64,000 bases of DNA from Eledone cirrhosa (GCA_964016885.1 OZ024741.1:276272001-276336000), one strand, 5' to 3'. Numbered from the stretch's first letter, positions 1 to 14,153 are shown. Program-made: numbers and translations. Notes: generated by a model not told the origin, from the letters alone.

Positions 1-484
1 CAACTGAAAAGTGATCTCTAGCCTTTGTTTGGCGAGTTTTGTACAAATGGATGCCTTTCCTATCACCATCCACTTTACAGAGTGTACCAAGTGTGTTTTA
101 TTGTGTCACCAACACTAGAGAGGTTGTTGTGCCATTGACACAACTGAAGAGTCCTCTTGACCCTTTTTTTTTTTTTTGCATGGTTTCAACAGTTTGATAA
201 CCTTACCACCAGCCTCTTTTCAAGGTGTATTAAGTGTATTTCTACTTTATCGTGTTTCAGTCCATGTGCAGGAAATATCGATATATTGAGGACATTTTTT
301 GGTAAAAAAAATTAATGATACCTATTTCAAATAAAAAAAGAAGAGAACACCCCAACCCTTCCCCTGACCCCACCACCTGCATTATTGATTTTTAAACTCT
401 CTAATAAAATGATTGTTAAAGTTTACTGTCTACCTCTGTGTCTTTCACTGCCAAAATAACCTAAACTGTGGTTTGTTGTTTCAG

Positions 485-589
485 ATTGCTGCACAGATTT
501 GTCGTCAAGGTGGTTTAGTGAAACTGCCTGGTAAAAGTATTATGGATGATCACGAAGACAACTTTGCTATTGTGTTTGCTGCTATGGGT
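485..589 (+). CDS. ATP6V1B: V-type H+-ATPase V1 subunit B, internal exon (first in window); upstream exons lie outside the window
   Basis: ttcag|...|gtaagt; encodes [35 protein letters not shown], a recognisable V-ATPase B segment. Confidence 0.96.
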
Positions 590-720
590 GTAAGTACTGT
601 AACTTTCTGTTTATCCGTTTAATAACCAACATGGTCTGAAACTGCTCCTGGTTTTATAATACAAAACTTTATTTTAAAGTACTTCTACTGATCCAAAACC
701 TTCCATCATAATTTTATCTA

Positions 721-1070
721 CTCTAAGGTCCCAAATAATAGGGGTGGGGATTAGAAGGGGTGGGGGATTCGGTAAGTGTTTCAGTTTGTCTCTGTTGACT
801 TTTTTAAAGGCCAGAATTAGTCGTTTAGTTTACATATTAAGACCCCAACCCGTCCTTTTAATTTTATAACATATGGGATTTCTTTTAATGTAATTTTTTT
901 GTCATGTATAATGTTTATTAATGTAAAAATAAAATTGTCGCAGAATGCTACCACTTAAAATTAAATTTTGCTGGAGATAGATTAGCAAAATTTGATAAGG
1001 GGCAGGGGTTGGAACAAAATCTGAAAAATTACAAAGTGGGGAGCTGGGACGATTATTCGAGACCCGAGAA
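721..1070. mobile_element. TA-flanked MITE (second copy at 29442-29757, opposite orientation)
   Basis: Imperfect TIRs ctctaaggtcccaaataat / attattcgagacccgagaa with TA flanks in both copies. Confidence 0.55.
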
Positions 1071-1199
1071 TAACTATTTTGTCTTAACCCATTCAATAAC
1101 CAACCTACCTGAAACCACTCCTGGTTCTATAATGCAAAAAAAAAAAAATTATTTTTAAAGTATTTCTACTGATCTAAAACCTTCCATCATAATTTTAAT

Positions 1200-2273
1200 T
1201 AATGTAGTGTGCCATGTGTCTGTTCCTAATTAGACCACAATAATGTAGTGTGCCATGTGTCTATATTCCTAATTAGACCACAATAATGTAGTGTGCCATG
1301 TGTCTATATTCCTAATTAGACCACAATAATGTAGTGTGCCATGTGTCTATATTCCTAATTAGACCACAATAATGTAGTGTGCCATGTGTCTATATTCCTA
1401 ATTAGACCACAATAATGTAGTGTGCCATGTGTCTATATTCCTAATTAGACCACAATAATGTGGTGTGCCATGTGTCTATATTCCTAATTAGACCACAATA
1501 ATGTAGTGTGCCATGTGTCTATATTCCTAATTAGACCACAATAATGTAGTGTGCCATGTGTCTATATTCCTAATTAGACCACAATAATGTAGTGTGTGCC
1601 ATGTGTCTATATTCCTAATTAGACCACAATAATGTAGTGTGCCATGTGTCTATATTCCTAATTAGACCACAATAATGTAGTGTGCCATGTGTCTATATTC
1701 CTAATTAGACCACAATAATGTAGTGTGCCATGTGTCTATATTCCTAATTAGACCACAATAATGTAGTGTGCCATGTGTCTATATTCCTAATTAGACCACA
1801 ATAATGTAGTGTGCCATGTGTCTATATTCCTAATTAGACCACAATAATGTAGTGTGCCATGTGTCTATATTCCTAATTAGACCACAATAATGTAGTGTGC
1901 CATGTGTCTATATTCCTAATTAGACCACAATAATGTAGTGTGCCATGTGTCTATATTCCTAATTAGACCACAATAATGTAGTGTGCCATGTGTCTATATT
2001 CCTAATTAGACCACAATAATGTAGTGTGCCATGTGTCTATATTCCTAATTAGACCACAATAATGTAGTGTGCCATGTGTCTATATTCCTAATTAGACCAC
2101 AATAATGTAATGTGCCATGTGTCTATATTCCTAATTAGACCACAATAATGTAGTGTGCCATGTGTCTATATTCCTAATTAGACCACAATAATGTAGTGTG
2201 CCATGTGTCTATATTCCTAATTAGACCACAATAATGTAGTGTGCCATGTGTCTATGTTCCTAATTAGACCACA
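1200..2273. repeat. 43-bp minisatellite, about 25 near-identical copies
   Basis: Unit aatgtagtgtgccatgtgtctatattcctaattagaccacaat, head-to-tail with no spacers. Confidence 0.97.
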
Positions 2274-2432
2274 AGGCAAAGTTTACCTTGAAGGGATTTG
2301 AACTTAGACTGTGGAAAGCCAGAATAAATACTGCAAGGTATTCTATCCAACATTCTAATGACTGCCATTTCATGACCTACTATTTAGATATATAACCATA
2401 GATTTATAGTGAACCTAAATGTAACTATGTGA

Positions 2433-2585
<153 letters not shown>

Positions 2586-2757
2586 TAGGTATCATTTGTC
2601 ATGGAAATATACATGTATCTATGTATCAATGTATCATCATTATCTTTGTCACTGTTTTTGTCTATTTTCCATGCTTGCATTGGTTAGATGGGTTGTCATA
2701 TCATGAGACTAGACAAGTCAGGTGATCCTTGTGCTGTGTGTATCATGTTGTGAGCTT

Positions 2758-3022
2758 CTGTTGTGGTCCTTGTGTTGTGGTATTTGTACTGTGTATCATG
2801 TTGTGGTCCTAGTGTTGTGGTCCTAGTGTTGTGGTCCTAGTGTTGTGGTCCTTGTGTTGTGGTCCTTGTGTTGTGGTCTTTGTGTTGTGGTCTTTGTGTT
2901 GTGGTCTTTGTGTTGTGGTCTTTGTGTTGTGGTCTTTGTGTTGTGGTCTTTGTGTTGTGGTCTTTGTGTTGTGGTCTTTGTGTTGTGGTCCTTGTGTTGT
3001 GGTCCTTGTGTTGTGGTCCTTG
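2758..3022. repeat. 14-bp minisatellite
   Basis: Unit tgttgtggtc(c/t)ttg. Confidence 0.93.
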
Positions 3023-3144
3023 AACTGTGTCTATCATATTGTGAGCTTGTGTTGTCTATTATGCGAGATCAAACACCTCTCACCATAATTTACCACATCC
3101 ATTTCTCCATTTCTCCATATTCATCTTTCTGTATTGTTTTGCAG

Positions 3145-3268
3145 CATTGAACGTATCATCACACCTAGGATAGCCCTGACCACTGCCGAGTACCTGGCTT
3201 ACCAATGTGACAAACACGTACTGGTCATCCTTACTGACATGACATCATATGCTGAAGCTTTGCGAGAG
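3145..3268 (+). CDS. ATP6V1B: V-ATPase subunit B exon
   Basis: tgcag|...|gtaggt; [41 protein letters not shown]. Confidence 0.97.
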
Positions 3269-3452
3269 GTAGGTTCTTCAGGGGAGCAGGATACACATTG
3301 AATGTAGAAGTTGTTTTTGTTTAGACTCTTAACTCCTCTCTACCCCAACTCTCATACAACCTATTGCCCCACATCCCACATATCAATCAACCAATCTAAG
3401 TTGATCTCCTCTTCAGTCCTGACTAACCCAATACCATTCTGTTATATTTCAG

Positions 3453-3603
3453 GTCTCAGCTGCTAGAGAAGAGGTGCCTGGTCGTCGTGGTTTCCCCGGT
3501 TACATGTACACCGATCTGGCTACCATCTATGAGAGGGCTGGTCGAGTTGAGGGTCGTAATGGCTCTATCACACAGATTCCTATTCTTACCATGCCTAATG
3601 ACG
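3453..3603 (+). CDS. ATP6V1B: V-ATPase subunit B exon
   Basis: ttcag|...|gtaagt; [50 protein letters not shown]. Confidence 0.98.
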
Positions 3604-4010
3604 GTAAGTCAATGATGTTGGCCAGGTAACAAACAGATTGCTAGTGTGTGTGGAGGGGGGGGGTATATTTCGGCCACTACTAACCCTGGCACAACCCCTC
3701 TGTAGTGCAGATAAGTGGAACTTAACTGACCAGGTTTTTGCTCCAGTCACTATCACCTCTGATGTCCTCGGGACCCTAAACTGCCATTTTCCTCAGCAAA
3801 ATCGAGAGAAAGGCATCTCATCTGAGGAAGGAGACACATGAGGTTTCGTGGCCAATACAGCAGGTGTTGCTTGGGAGTTTTGTGTGGCAATAAGTTTCCC
3901 ATTTTGTCCACAGGGCACAGCTGAGATATACTGCCTAGACTGGGGGTGTAGTCAACCACTACCACCCTCTTCCCTTTCATTATTTATTGAATCAATAAAT
4001 AATGAAATGA

Positions 4011-4351
4011 TGGAGGCACATGGCTTAGTGGTTAGAGCATTGGCCTTACAATCGAAAGGTTGTGAGTTCAATTCTCAGACTGGGTGATGTGTTGTTTCCT
4101 TGAGCAAGACACTTTATTTCACATTGCTCCAGTTTACTCACCTGTAGAAATGAGATGATAGGGACTGGAGTCCATATCATTCCACTGCAAAGTGGTCGTG
4201 GAGGTGCCACGGCAAAAAAAGCACCCAGCACTCACTGTAAATGAGGTTGGTGTTAGGAAGGGCATCCAGCTGTAGAAATCAAGCCAGAATCAGTTCCCGT
4301 CTCGCCCTTGCAAAGAGGGAAAAAGCGGACGTAAAATGGAATGATGATGAT
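4011..4351 (+). mobile_element. tRNA-derived SINE with an RTE-derived 3' tail (close copy at 32981-33312, -)
   Basis: A box tggcttagtggttagagc, B box gagttcaattc, ccttgagcaagacact core; tail matches the 3' UTR of the RTE at 55945-56200. Confidence 0.85.
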
Positions 4352-5063
4352 GTAGAGCATCGGATAACTTGCTTTGCGGCATACAGCTACATTCCTTTAT
4401 GTTCTGAGTTCAATTCCTGTTGAGGTTAGCTTTGCCTTTCATCTTTACAGGGTTTGATAAAATAAAGTACCAATAATGTACTGGGGTTGATTTAATTAAC
4501 ATTTCCCCTCCCCTCAAATTACTGACCTTAATTTTTTTTTTTTCTTGCAAAGTTGAAAAAAACTTTTTATTTGTTATTAGCATGGTGGGAATCTTTATAT
4601 TTTTTTTATTGGTTTCTGTCATTAGACTGTAGCCATTTTGGCTAGCAGTGAAGAAACAACTAGCCTGCCATCTAGTATATCAGATGAGAACTTACATCAC
4701 TAATGTTTATGGAAGTAAAATACTCTCTAATGATATTGTATCTGAGGATTACGTAACAGATACCATTGGAATACATATAAATTCAAACCTACTACTTGCT
4801 AATTCATTACTATACCAGCACTCCGTCATACATAAACCTACAGGGTGATAATATAATGGTAGAAATTTACTACATTGCATGCTTAATCTTGCTTACACAA
4901 GTGTTTATTAATGTACACCTGAAAACTAATAACGGATTTATTAACACAAATTTACCATAATATGAGCAAGACACAGTCATCTGATCTGGCTTGTCTCACA
5001 AAGGGACAACTCATCTAATCCATGCTAGCAGGGAAAATGGACATTAAATGATGATTATATATA

Positions 5064-5482
5064 CTAGCAGAAAAACCACCTACGGGTGGTTTTCTGCTAG
5101 CGTGTGTAGTGTGTATATTGATATTATACGCAAGTATATATACATGTAGATATGATACAACAAATAAAATCGTAATTGACAATATACACAGAAATTGAAC
5201 GAAGACTGTGTTACACTCTCTTATGTAATCAGTAACGTAATCCATGATACATTAAAAAAAGACAATATTATATATCTGCTAGCATGTGTAGTGTGTATAT
5301 TGATTTATTTAAGCGATCGCGAACCGGAAGTGTTGACATTTGAAAATTTTAAAGAAGTGAATCTTAAAATAAACAATAAAATATAAAATATATTTAATGA
5401 ACAGCCACAAAATTTAGTAGATGAATTATTCATTCATTTTTTATTCAAAATAATCCAACTTATTTTACTTTATTATAGTTTA
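5064..5482 (-). mobile_element. Non-autonomous Helitron in an ATP6V1B intron
   Basis: Terminal palindrome ctagcagaaaaaccacc-tacg-ggtggttttctgctag; body is the reverse complement of the 25440-26636 element. Confidence 0.75.
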
Positions 5483-5919
5483 TATATATATATATATATA
5501 TAAACACACAGTTTACAAAAGTCACTGATGTTATTTCAGTGATCTCCAACCACGACTCACTCACTCAATGAATCAATACGGTTGCAGTTGTGAACTGCAT
5601 TTCGAAGTTCAGAGTATAGTGCGTGTATTTTGGTAAAGATATGTTATGTATCTAGCTCCTCCGTGGATTCTGTTACTGTGTAATATTCTTCCCAACAATG
5701 GTTATTAAAATTGCAGTGTGCAGAAAATTGCATATTTTCAGCAGATATTATGCAATTGGGTAATTGCACATCCCGAACAGGTTAACACCCAACTCAAATC
5801 ATAGGTCATTAGTGTGTGCATACTAGTGCGTATTTTTCCGATATATATATATATATATATATATATTCGTCTAACCCATACTAGCAGGGAAAAATGGATG
5901 TTAAACAGTGATGATGATA

Positions 5920-6122
5920 CAGTGTATCAAAAAGAATCATCCTATTTCAAAGGGTTATTTTTTAAAACAAATACCTATGTAATAATGTGGTAACTTGTCC
6001 ATGTCTGAATATAAAGTTTTATTCTTTCTTTTATAACTTTTATAAATTTTTATCAAGTTATTTACAATTTTTACATGCCTTTCAGTCTACTTCAAGATGA
6101 TGATTCTTTTTGATACACCCTG
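5920..6122. mobile_element. Tc1/mariner MITE
   Basis: TA-cagtgtatcaaaaagaatcatc / gatgattctttttgatacaccctg-TA; similar small MITEs at about 37916-38040 and 38931-39033. Confidence 0.72.
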
Positions 6123-6174
<52 letters not shown>

Positions 6175-6187
6175 CTTTTCATTTCAG

Positions 6188-6270
6188 ATATTACACATCC
6201 CATTCCTGATTTAACTGGGTACATCACAGAGGGACAGATTTATGTTGACCGTCAATTACACAACAGACAA
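6188..6270 (+). CDS. ATP6V1B: V-ATPase subunit B exon
   Basis: ttcag|...|gtaagt; [28 protein letters not shown]. Confidence 0.97.
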
Positions 6271-6711
6271 GTAAGTATTCCAACAACAGTAATTACAGTC
6301 CCTAGATATTTCATATTCTAACCCCATTGTCATATGGAAAGTGTCTACCATACATACAACAGAAGCTGTGGTCTCTAGTGTGTTTAATTGTTGGTCTGCA
6401 TATAACATCACATTTGGCCTTGGTGGTGGTAACAAAGGAGCTCTCTGTGTATGAAGTTTGATGTTATATGGTAGTGTGATGTGAACATTGAATGCAGGGG
6501 ATATGTGAAAATTAGAAAGAAATGAATCGATCCAACATTTTCTGTTGGCTGTATCATGTTACTGTATGTGAACAATGAAACAGACCAATTAAGAGAAAAA
6601 CTGGGTGTAAGAGGAATTAGACATAATGTCTGTGTAAGAGAAGATAGGACATGTTGAAGAGGAATACATGGGAAGGACTGAAAGTTTCTAATTTTCCTCT
6701 CTTTTTCATAG

Positions 6712-6831
<120 letters not shown>

Positions 6832-7248
6832 TGATAGGGGGTGTGTGTGTGTGTGTGTTGTTGTTGTAGTTTAGCCCTAGATCAGCCCTGATTAACTAGA
6901 ATTATGCTCAAAAGTATTCCATTCATGATCCTGTTTTTTTCTTTCAAATAATACATCCTTTAACTCACCCTAACTCCGTTCCTTAAAACCTACCCTAATT
7001 CCCATCCTTAAAACCTACCCTAATTCCCATCCTTAAAACCAACCCTTACTCCCTTAAAAACCTACCCTTATTTTATTGTTTCACATTGAGGTTCAGAACT
7101 CTTTTACACTTAAATGTTACTGTCTAACCCATTATGTTAGTTAGATGGCCAGATTGTTTTGCTGTCATATTGTGAATTATTGTCTATAGTATATCTGTTA
7201 TACCATCGATAAAGATGTGATATTGTGAATTATATTGTCTATCTATAG

Positions 7249-7425
<177 letters not shown>

Positions 7426-7978
7426 TAACAATTGTTAGCACCTCCACCACTACCACTGACAACACTTGTTAGCACCTCCACCACTTGTTATAACACCACT
7501 ATTTTCTGCACCTTTCGTACAAATGTGGGTGTTCTAATGGTATTAGGACCCTAACCAAGCATTTAAGGTTTGTCTACTGCTGTTGAATTACTGTCAGTGA
7601 CGTCCAGATCTTTAAGAACTTTGACAACAAACATCATCATCATTTAATGTCTGCTTTCCCTGATAGCAAGGGTTGGATAGGTCTACATAGACCAAGACAG
7701 TACTGAAGTAGAGCCAGGCAAGCCAGGGATTTATGTTTTGCTTTATGCATGGTTGACACTCCAGCAAGTGCACAGGAAAGGTTTGTCATGTCTTTGACAC
7801 AACTGAATATCCACTTCACCCTTTTGTTTGGCAAGATTTCTATGGCTGGAAGCCCTTCCTATCACCAACCACTTTACTGCGTGTACTGGGTGTGTTTTAA
7901 ATGTATATAGTCTGTAAGTGTTGTCTCTTATCTCCACATCTTACTATAACTAATGCCAAATGGTTCTTCTCTTTTCAG

Positions 7979-8136
7979 GTCACTATGAAAACCGCACCAT
8001 ATTTGAATCACTGGACATTGGATGGCAGTTGTTGCGTATCTTCCCAAAGGAAATGTTGAAGAGAATCCCTGCTGCCACTCAGGCCAAATACTATCCTCGG
8101 GACGGTGGTCAGTCGAACACTTCCACACAACTGTAA
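7979..8136 (+). CDS. ATP6V1B: V-ATPase subunit B terminal coding exon
   Basis: ttcag|; [51 protein letters not shown] then TAA at 8134-8136. Confidence 0.96.
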
Positions 8137-8449
8137 AGGGTTTGCTGCAACTTCACTGTGAATCTCTTGGATTTTGCACCTGAACAACACATTCCATGCC
8201 CCTCCCCACTCTGCCACACACACACACACACACATACACATACACAATAGCAGCTTGGCCAGCACCATGAACTGTATGAGGCCTCATCCAGTATCATCTC
8301 ATATCAGTATTATATATATGTGTGCGTGTTTCTGTTTGTATATTCATGTATATGTGTGTGTAAGTATGAAATTGATATATATATATAAATTGTGTGTATG
8401 TATGTATATACGTACACACTCACACATATCGTTTAGGAATTGCTCGTAC

Positions 8450-8492
<43 letters not shown>

Positions 8493-8502
8493 ATATATGT
8501 GT

Positions 8503-8541
<39 letters not shown>

Positions 8542-8772
8542 ATATATATATACACATACATACAGGAAACTCATGAAAATCTGAGTGTGCCGTCTTACAT
8601 ATGAGCTGGACCAAAGTAAAACCATCCACTGCTATATGGTAATGGAAGGAGGAGATAATGGCTTTAAATGCTCAAATCCCTTCTTTGTTGTTGTTATTAT
8701 TGTTGTTGCTGTTGTAGCAGTTGTTTCAAATTATTGTTAGTCTGCAGAAAACTAGTTTTAGATGATCTAAAA

Positions 8773-8811
<39 letters not shown>

Positions 8812-9193
8812 ACACATATGTACACACATTCGTACATACATATATATGTATACACACACAGACCTTCCTATTGCTGATTCACACACACGCACACACTAGT
8901 CATTACGTACAATGATTGTATGTGAAAAGGAAATGTGTGAAAGCTGAAAATGAAAAAAAAAAGACTCCATCTTTAGAAATCTACTATTACTGCTAATACT
9001 AATACTGACAATAATAAAGTTGATAATAATGACCATAATAATGATTTTTGACATAAAACAAAATACAATGATTTTGAACAATAACAATAATTTCTTATAT
9101 TTCCAAATTTCAGCAAAATTTTGAAAATATAAAAAAAAAAAAATAACCAAAAATACATAATCTAATTTTAGAATATTAAATTAGAACTTTTCT

Positions 9194-9239
<46 letters not shown>

Positions 9240-9659
9240 AAATTGTTTTTACTGACATGAAATGGTGTTTAAAAATGGTTTATAGACAATCTCTGTAATG
9301 GATGATTTCTTACTTTTACAATCTCGGTTATTGTTGATATGGTTATTGTCCAAAGAATTTGATTTCAATGGGTATGGCAGTATAACTATTTTAGAAGTGT
9401 TATGAAACTGTCACAATCCTAACCACCCTCTTATAAAAGTACCAGATTTTTTTTTTTTTTTTTAGAGGGAGGTGGTTAATTTTTTTCCTTTTTTTTTTTT
9501 TCCTGATTCCTTCCTTAAAAAAACCTGTTGGACATAATTGTGTGATAGAAGTTTTTTTTCTTTTCTTTTATCTATTCTGCTGGAAAGAAATAAAAACGTT
9601 TTACTGTTAATTCCTGTAAAGAGGATTTTCTTGATGATGAATTTTTTTTTACAAATGTG

Positions 9660-10070
9660 AATGAAAGCTGTATGAGGTGTCTGTGTGATGTTACATTGTA
9701 GTGAGACATCGGCAGTGAATGCAGAGGATATGTGAAGGCTGGAGAGAAATGAAGCAACCATGCCTCAAAGGATGTGCAATGTTTATGTGTATGAATGACA
9801 AGGTATAGATGAGCTGAGAGAAAAACTGGGTATAAGATGAATCAGATGTAGTATGCAAGGAGAAAAGACTGTGCCGGTATGGACATGTGATGCATATGGA
9901 TCATAACCACTGAATGAAGAAGTGCAATGAAATTCCAATGGAATAAAGCAGCAGTAGTGGAAGACCAAGGACGACCTGGGTAAAAGTAGTGAGAGCTGAT
10001 CTCATGCTGTACTGGAAAAGACATGTTCAACCCATACAAGTGTGGAAAAACATATAGAAGGGTGATGATA
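9660..10070 (+). mobile_element. Degenerate RTE LINE 3' fragment
   Basis: Decayed match to the RTE C-terminal coding region (agagaaatgaagc..., ggtatggacatgtgatgc); similar relics at 6440-6680 and 31880-32000. Confidence 0.75.
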
Positions 10071-10779
10071 TTTACTTCATGTCAGTTTGTTTCAACAGAC
10101 CTATGATTCACCAAACTCTCTATTTTTACCAGGGATAGTATATTATGTCAACTGGAATATGAATTTAAAACTTTTGTTATATTTCTGATGAAATATCTTG
10201 CCAATGTGTTTCAATTGAATTTGAAAATAAGAATTTAAAGGAATTTAGTAAAATAACTGTTTTAATTTTAAGTTAATGTTTGGAACATAACTTAACAGAA
10301 GTTCTTACCTAAAATTATGTTGGGAATCATTATTGTTGTTTTAACATCCTCTTTCCCTACTCATAAGGGTTTGATGGGTCTACATAAACCAAGTCAGTAC
10401 TGAAGCACAGCCACTGATCTTTCAGGCAGGCCAGGGATCTGTCTTGCTTAATTATGGTCAATGCACCACAGTGCAAAGGAGTAGTTGTCATGCCTTAGAC
10501 ACAACTGAGGGTCCTCCCAACCCTTTGTTTGACCAGATTTCTATGGCTGGATACTCTTTCTATCACTAGTAGTTTTGTATCATAAAACCAGGGCCAGTTT
10601 TAGGTAGGTAGGTTGGTATCAAATGGGTTAAGACACATTGGTAGAAAAACTGACATCTTATATAACAGATACACATGTTTTGTTGAGTACTTTAACAACA
10701 TTCACTGCATATCATTTGCAGGAACCTGCTTAGGAATATTCAGTACTGTAGACTTATGGACGGATTTGTTATGCACAGA

Positions 10780-11057
10780 AGATTTATAAGCATGGAACAA
10801 ACTACCTGCATCGGTTGTTAGCTGTCAGGACACTGCATCCTTCAAAACTTCCATGCTTCCCGAAATTCATCAACTCTACACTTGATATTCCCCTCCATAC
10901 ACACACACACACACACATGCATATGTGTGTATATCATGACTCGTACACTGTTCACTTTTCTGACATTTTTACATTATTCTATGTACTATACATGCACCTT
11001 TAATTAGTTGTAGTGCACCTGAGCACTGTACACAATAATTTTCATTATTATTATTAT
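10780..11057 (+). mobile_element. CR1/L2-group LINE 3' end
   Basis: AWNKLPASVVSCQDTASFKTSML motif and (ATT)n tail; same tail at 43303-43346 and 46160-46276. Confidence 0.72.
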
Positions 11058-11591
11058 AAAGGCGGTGGATTGGCAGTATCGGATGGTTGGACGCCATGTT
11101 ACGGCCCTTTACGGTCTGAGTTCAGATTCTGCCGAGGTTAACTTTGCCTTTCATCCATACGGGGGTCGATAAAATAAAGTACCAGTAATGTACTGGGATA
11201 ATTGCTGGCCTTGTGCCAAAAAGTAGAAAATTATTATTATAAGATTTTATACCTGAGTGGGTACTTAAATATGATGTGTGGCTTAGTGGTTAGAACATTG
11301 AGCTCACAATTGGCAGGTTGTGAATTTGAATACCGGACCAGGTGGTATATTGTGTTCTTGAGCAAGACACTTTATTTCACGTTCCAGTTTACTCAGCTGT
11401 AGAAATCAGTTACGTCACTGGTGCCAAGCTGTATCAGCCATTGCCTTTCAACTGGACAACATTGGTGACATGGAGAGAGGAGACAAGCATGCATGGGCAA
11501 CTACTAGTCTTCCACAAATACACCTTCCCCAGGCTTGTGCCTTGGAGAACTTTCTGGGAGCAAAACCATGGTCATTCATGACTGAAGGAGG

Positions 11592-11728
11592 CCTACATGC
11601 ATACAAATCCTTAAATGAGTTAAGCTGGAGCTCTGTGGGAATATCTTGTCACAATGTTCACATTGGTACAACTTCTCACCTGTATAAGAGACCATGTGTA
11701 ATTTCAAGTGACTTTTACATCTGAAGCA
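11592..11728 (-). pseudogene. C2H2 zinc-finger gene fragment (about 1.5 fingers, degenerate)
   Basis: [43 protein letters not shown]: TGEK linker and C-x2-C-x3-F-x5-L pattern with damaged His ligands. Confidence 0.7.
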
Positions 11729-12330
11729 ATTAATACATATAGTGTTAGGAAGGGCATCCATCCATAGAAACCAAGCCAAAATCAGTTCTGTATGAGCAAG
11801 ACATGTTCATCTGACTTGTCCCATTGTGAGGCAAGCCAAGCCAACTCATTTAACCAATGCTAGCATGGAAAATGGACATTAAACGGTGATGATGAAACAG
11901 TCTCACTAAAAATGTATTTTCAGATGAAGCTGTAACTCTAAGTTGCAGCAAGTGGAAGTGACGAGCAAGAGTGCACTTCTGCAGCGCCAGGACTTATATT
12001 TTCTAGCGTCAACTTGTTGCTGAGCATTCTACTTCTCTCTCCGATCTCTCTATCTAATTTGTTCATTTTATCACGCATACGTCACACCAGCATAAATATT
12101 TGTTCTGTTGCACAAGCCAGCAATTTTATGTAGTGCTCTAAAGTTAAATCGTGCGAAACTACAGCTGATGAGGTGAAATGTTTGTACGATTTTGTCTTGC
12201 TCATTTTCTTTCTTCCTATCACTGCTGTGGGCCAACACACTTCTAGCCACTGATTTCTGACCTTTGAGGTAAATTCTACCCAATGCTGTGATTAATGGCA
12301 TTTTGCTGTTTTAACGGCTATTCTTGTGTT

Positions 12331-12367
<37 letters not shown>

Positions 12368-14106
12368 GTATTTACAGTATATATAGGCAGTAAATTGGTA
12401 GAGTTGTTGGAACATCAGATAAAATGCTTTGCATTATTCCTTTTGGCTCTCTTATCTCTGAGTTAAAAAATGTACCAGTCAAGTACCGGGGTCGATTCAT
12501 TCTCTATATCTCTTTCTCACACTCTCTCCCTATCATTCTCTGGAAGAAACCTACTGTATTCAGACCTGGAGAGGAAATGGGCTCCACTAGGTTTAAAAAA
12601 ATGCCCTTGAAAGGCTGTATGTGAATATGGTGCCTCTACAACTCCCTTGGGAGTTATGGGACCATACCATACATATTTATATATTCTCTTTTACTAAGAT
12701 TTATTACATTCCTAACCAGTTGTAAACATGGATTACAGCACAATTGACCAATTCTACACACTCTTGTCAGCTAAGTGGACTGGAGAAACGTGAAATAAAG
12801 TACCTTGTTCAAGGACAATCTACCACCTGGAATCAAACTCCCAACCTTATGATTGTGAGTTAACATCCTAACCACTAAAACACCTTCACAGAAGGCAAAG
12901 TTAACCCTCAATGTATTTGAAATAAAAATCTATCTAAATATTGATTTCTGATTTAAGCACATGGCCAACAATTTTGGGGAAGGGGAAAGTCAATTAAATT
13001 GAACCTAGTACTTTATTGTAAGGATGAAAGGCAAAGTTAACCTTGGTAGAATTTGAACTCAGATTGTAAAGGGCTATAACTCCAATGTTTTATCTTGTCA
13101 TACCCCACACCCCCATAACAAATCAAAGAGGTATTACATAGTCAACAACCTATTAAAAATGCCAGCCAAATCTCCAAAATCACACAAAAAAAAAAGGTAA
13201 TTGGATAAGGAATTGTTTAATATCTACTTTCCATGTATACTGGTTGTCTCGTTTGAGGCATATTGGGTCAGGTGACTATCTCTTGCTCATACAGAACTGT
13301 TTCTAGCTTGGTTTCTACAACTGGATGCCCTTCCTAATGACAATCATATTTACAGTGTAGACCACTTTAGTGTGGGCTGGGCACTTTTTGTTGTGATGCC
13401 TACATGACCACTTTACAAAGTAGACTGGGCATTTTTGGCATGACCACTTTACAGTGTGGACTGGACACTGTCGTGAAACCTACACAACCACTTTATAATG
13501 TGGGCTGGATGCTTTTTGTCATGTCACCACATGACCACTTTACAGGGTAAACTGGGACCTTTTTGTTGTGACACCTACATGACCATTTTATAGCATAGGC
13601 TGGGTGATTTGTGTGGTGACACCTACATGACCACTATAAGTGTAGTCTGGGTAGTCAGGAAAATATACAGAAAGGGTCATGGTGAGAGTGTCTTTAATTA
13701 GAGCTGACCCGACGTGACAAAAAAAACAAAACAAACATAACAAGAACCATTTCAAATGATAGCTACGAAATCTTTATTACTCTAAACTACAGCTATTTAC
13801 ATTCCTCAAAACATTTCTTCAGCCACAAATTTAGGCATATTTGGTATTGCTTCATATTTAGCAGAAAGGTACTTAAAGTGGTATAACCAGAGAGGATAGA
13901 ATAAGATTGAGAGGAAAGAAGAAAAGACAATGAAAGGGAGGTACAATAAAAATGGAAGAGAAAACAAAGATAAACAGAAGGTAAATCAAATGTAAAATTA
14001 TCTAAAGCAAGTGAAACAAAAGAAAAATTAGTGATGGTGTGAAGACAACATTTTTTTGTTTATAAAGAATTTTTAAGTGAAGGAATTTCATCATAATCAT
14101 TTTATT

Positions 14107-14141
<35 letters not shown>

Positions 14142-14153
14142 ATGTGTGTATGT

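Noticed and set aside
1200-2273. CRISPR-like array
   Set aside because: Units are contiguous with no unique spacers, there are no cas genes, and it lies in a eukaryotic intron.
4011-4085. Functional tRNA genes at SINE heads
   Set aside because: A and B boxes are present, but there is no complete cloverleaf and they continue into SINE core and tail sequence.
12160-12182. CTGATGAggtGAAA hammerhead-like string
   Set aside because: Only 3 nt between the core halves, so stem II cannot form, and there is no stem I pairing.
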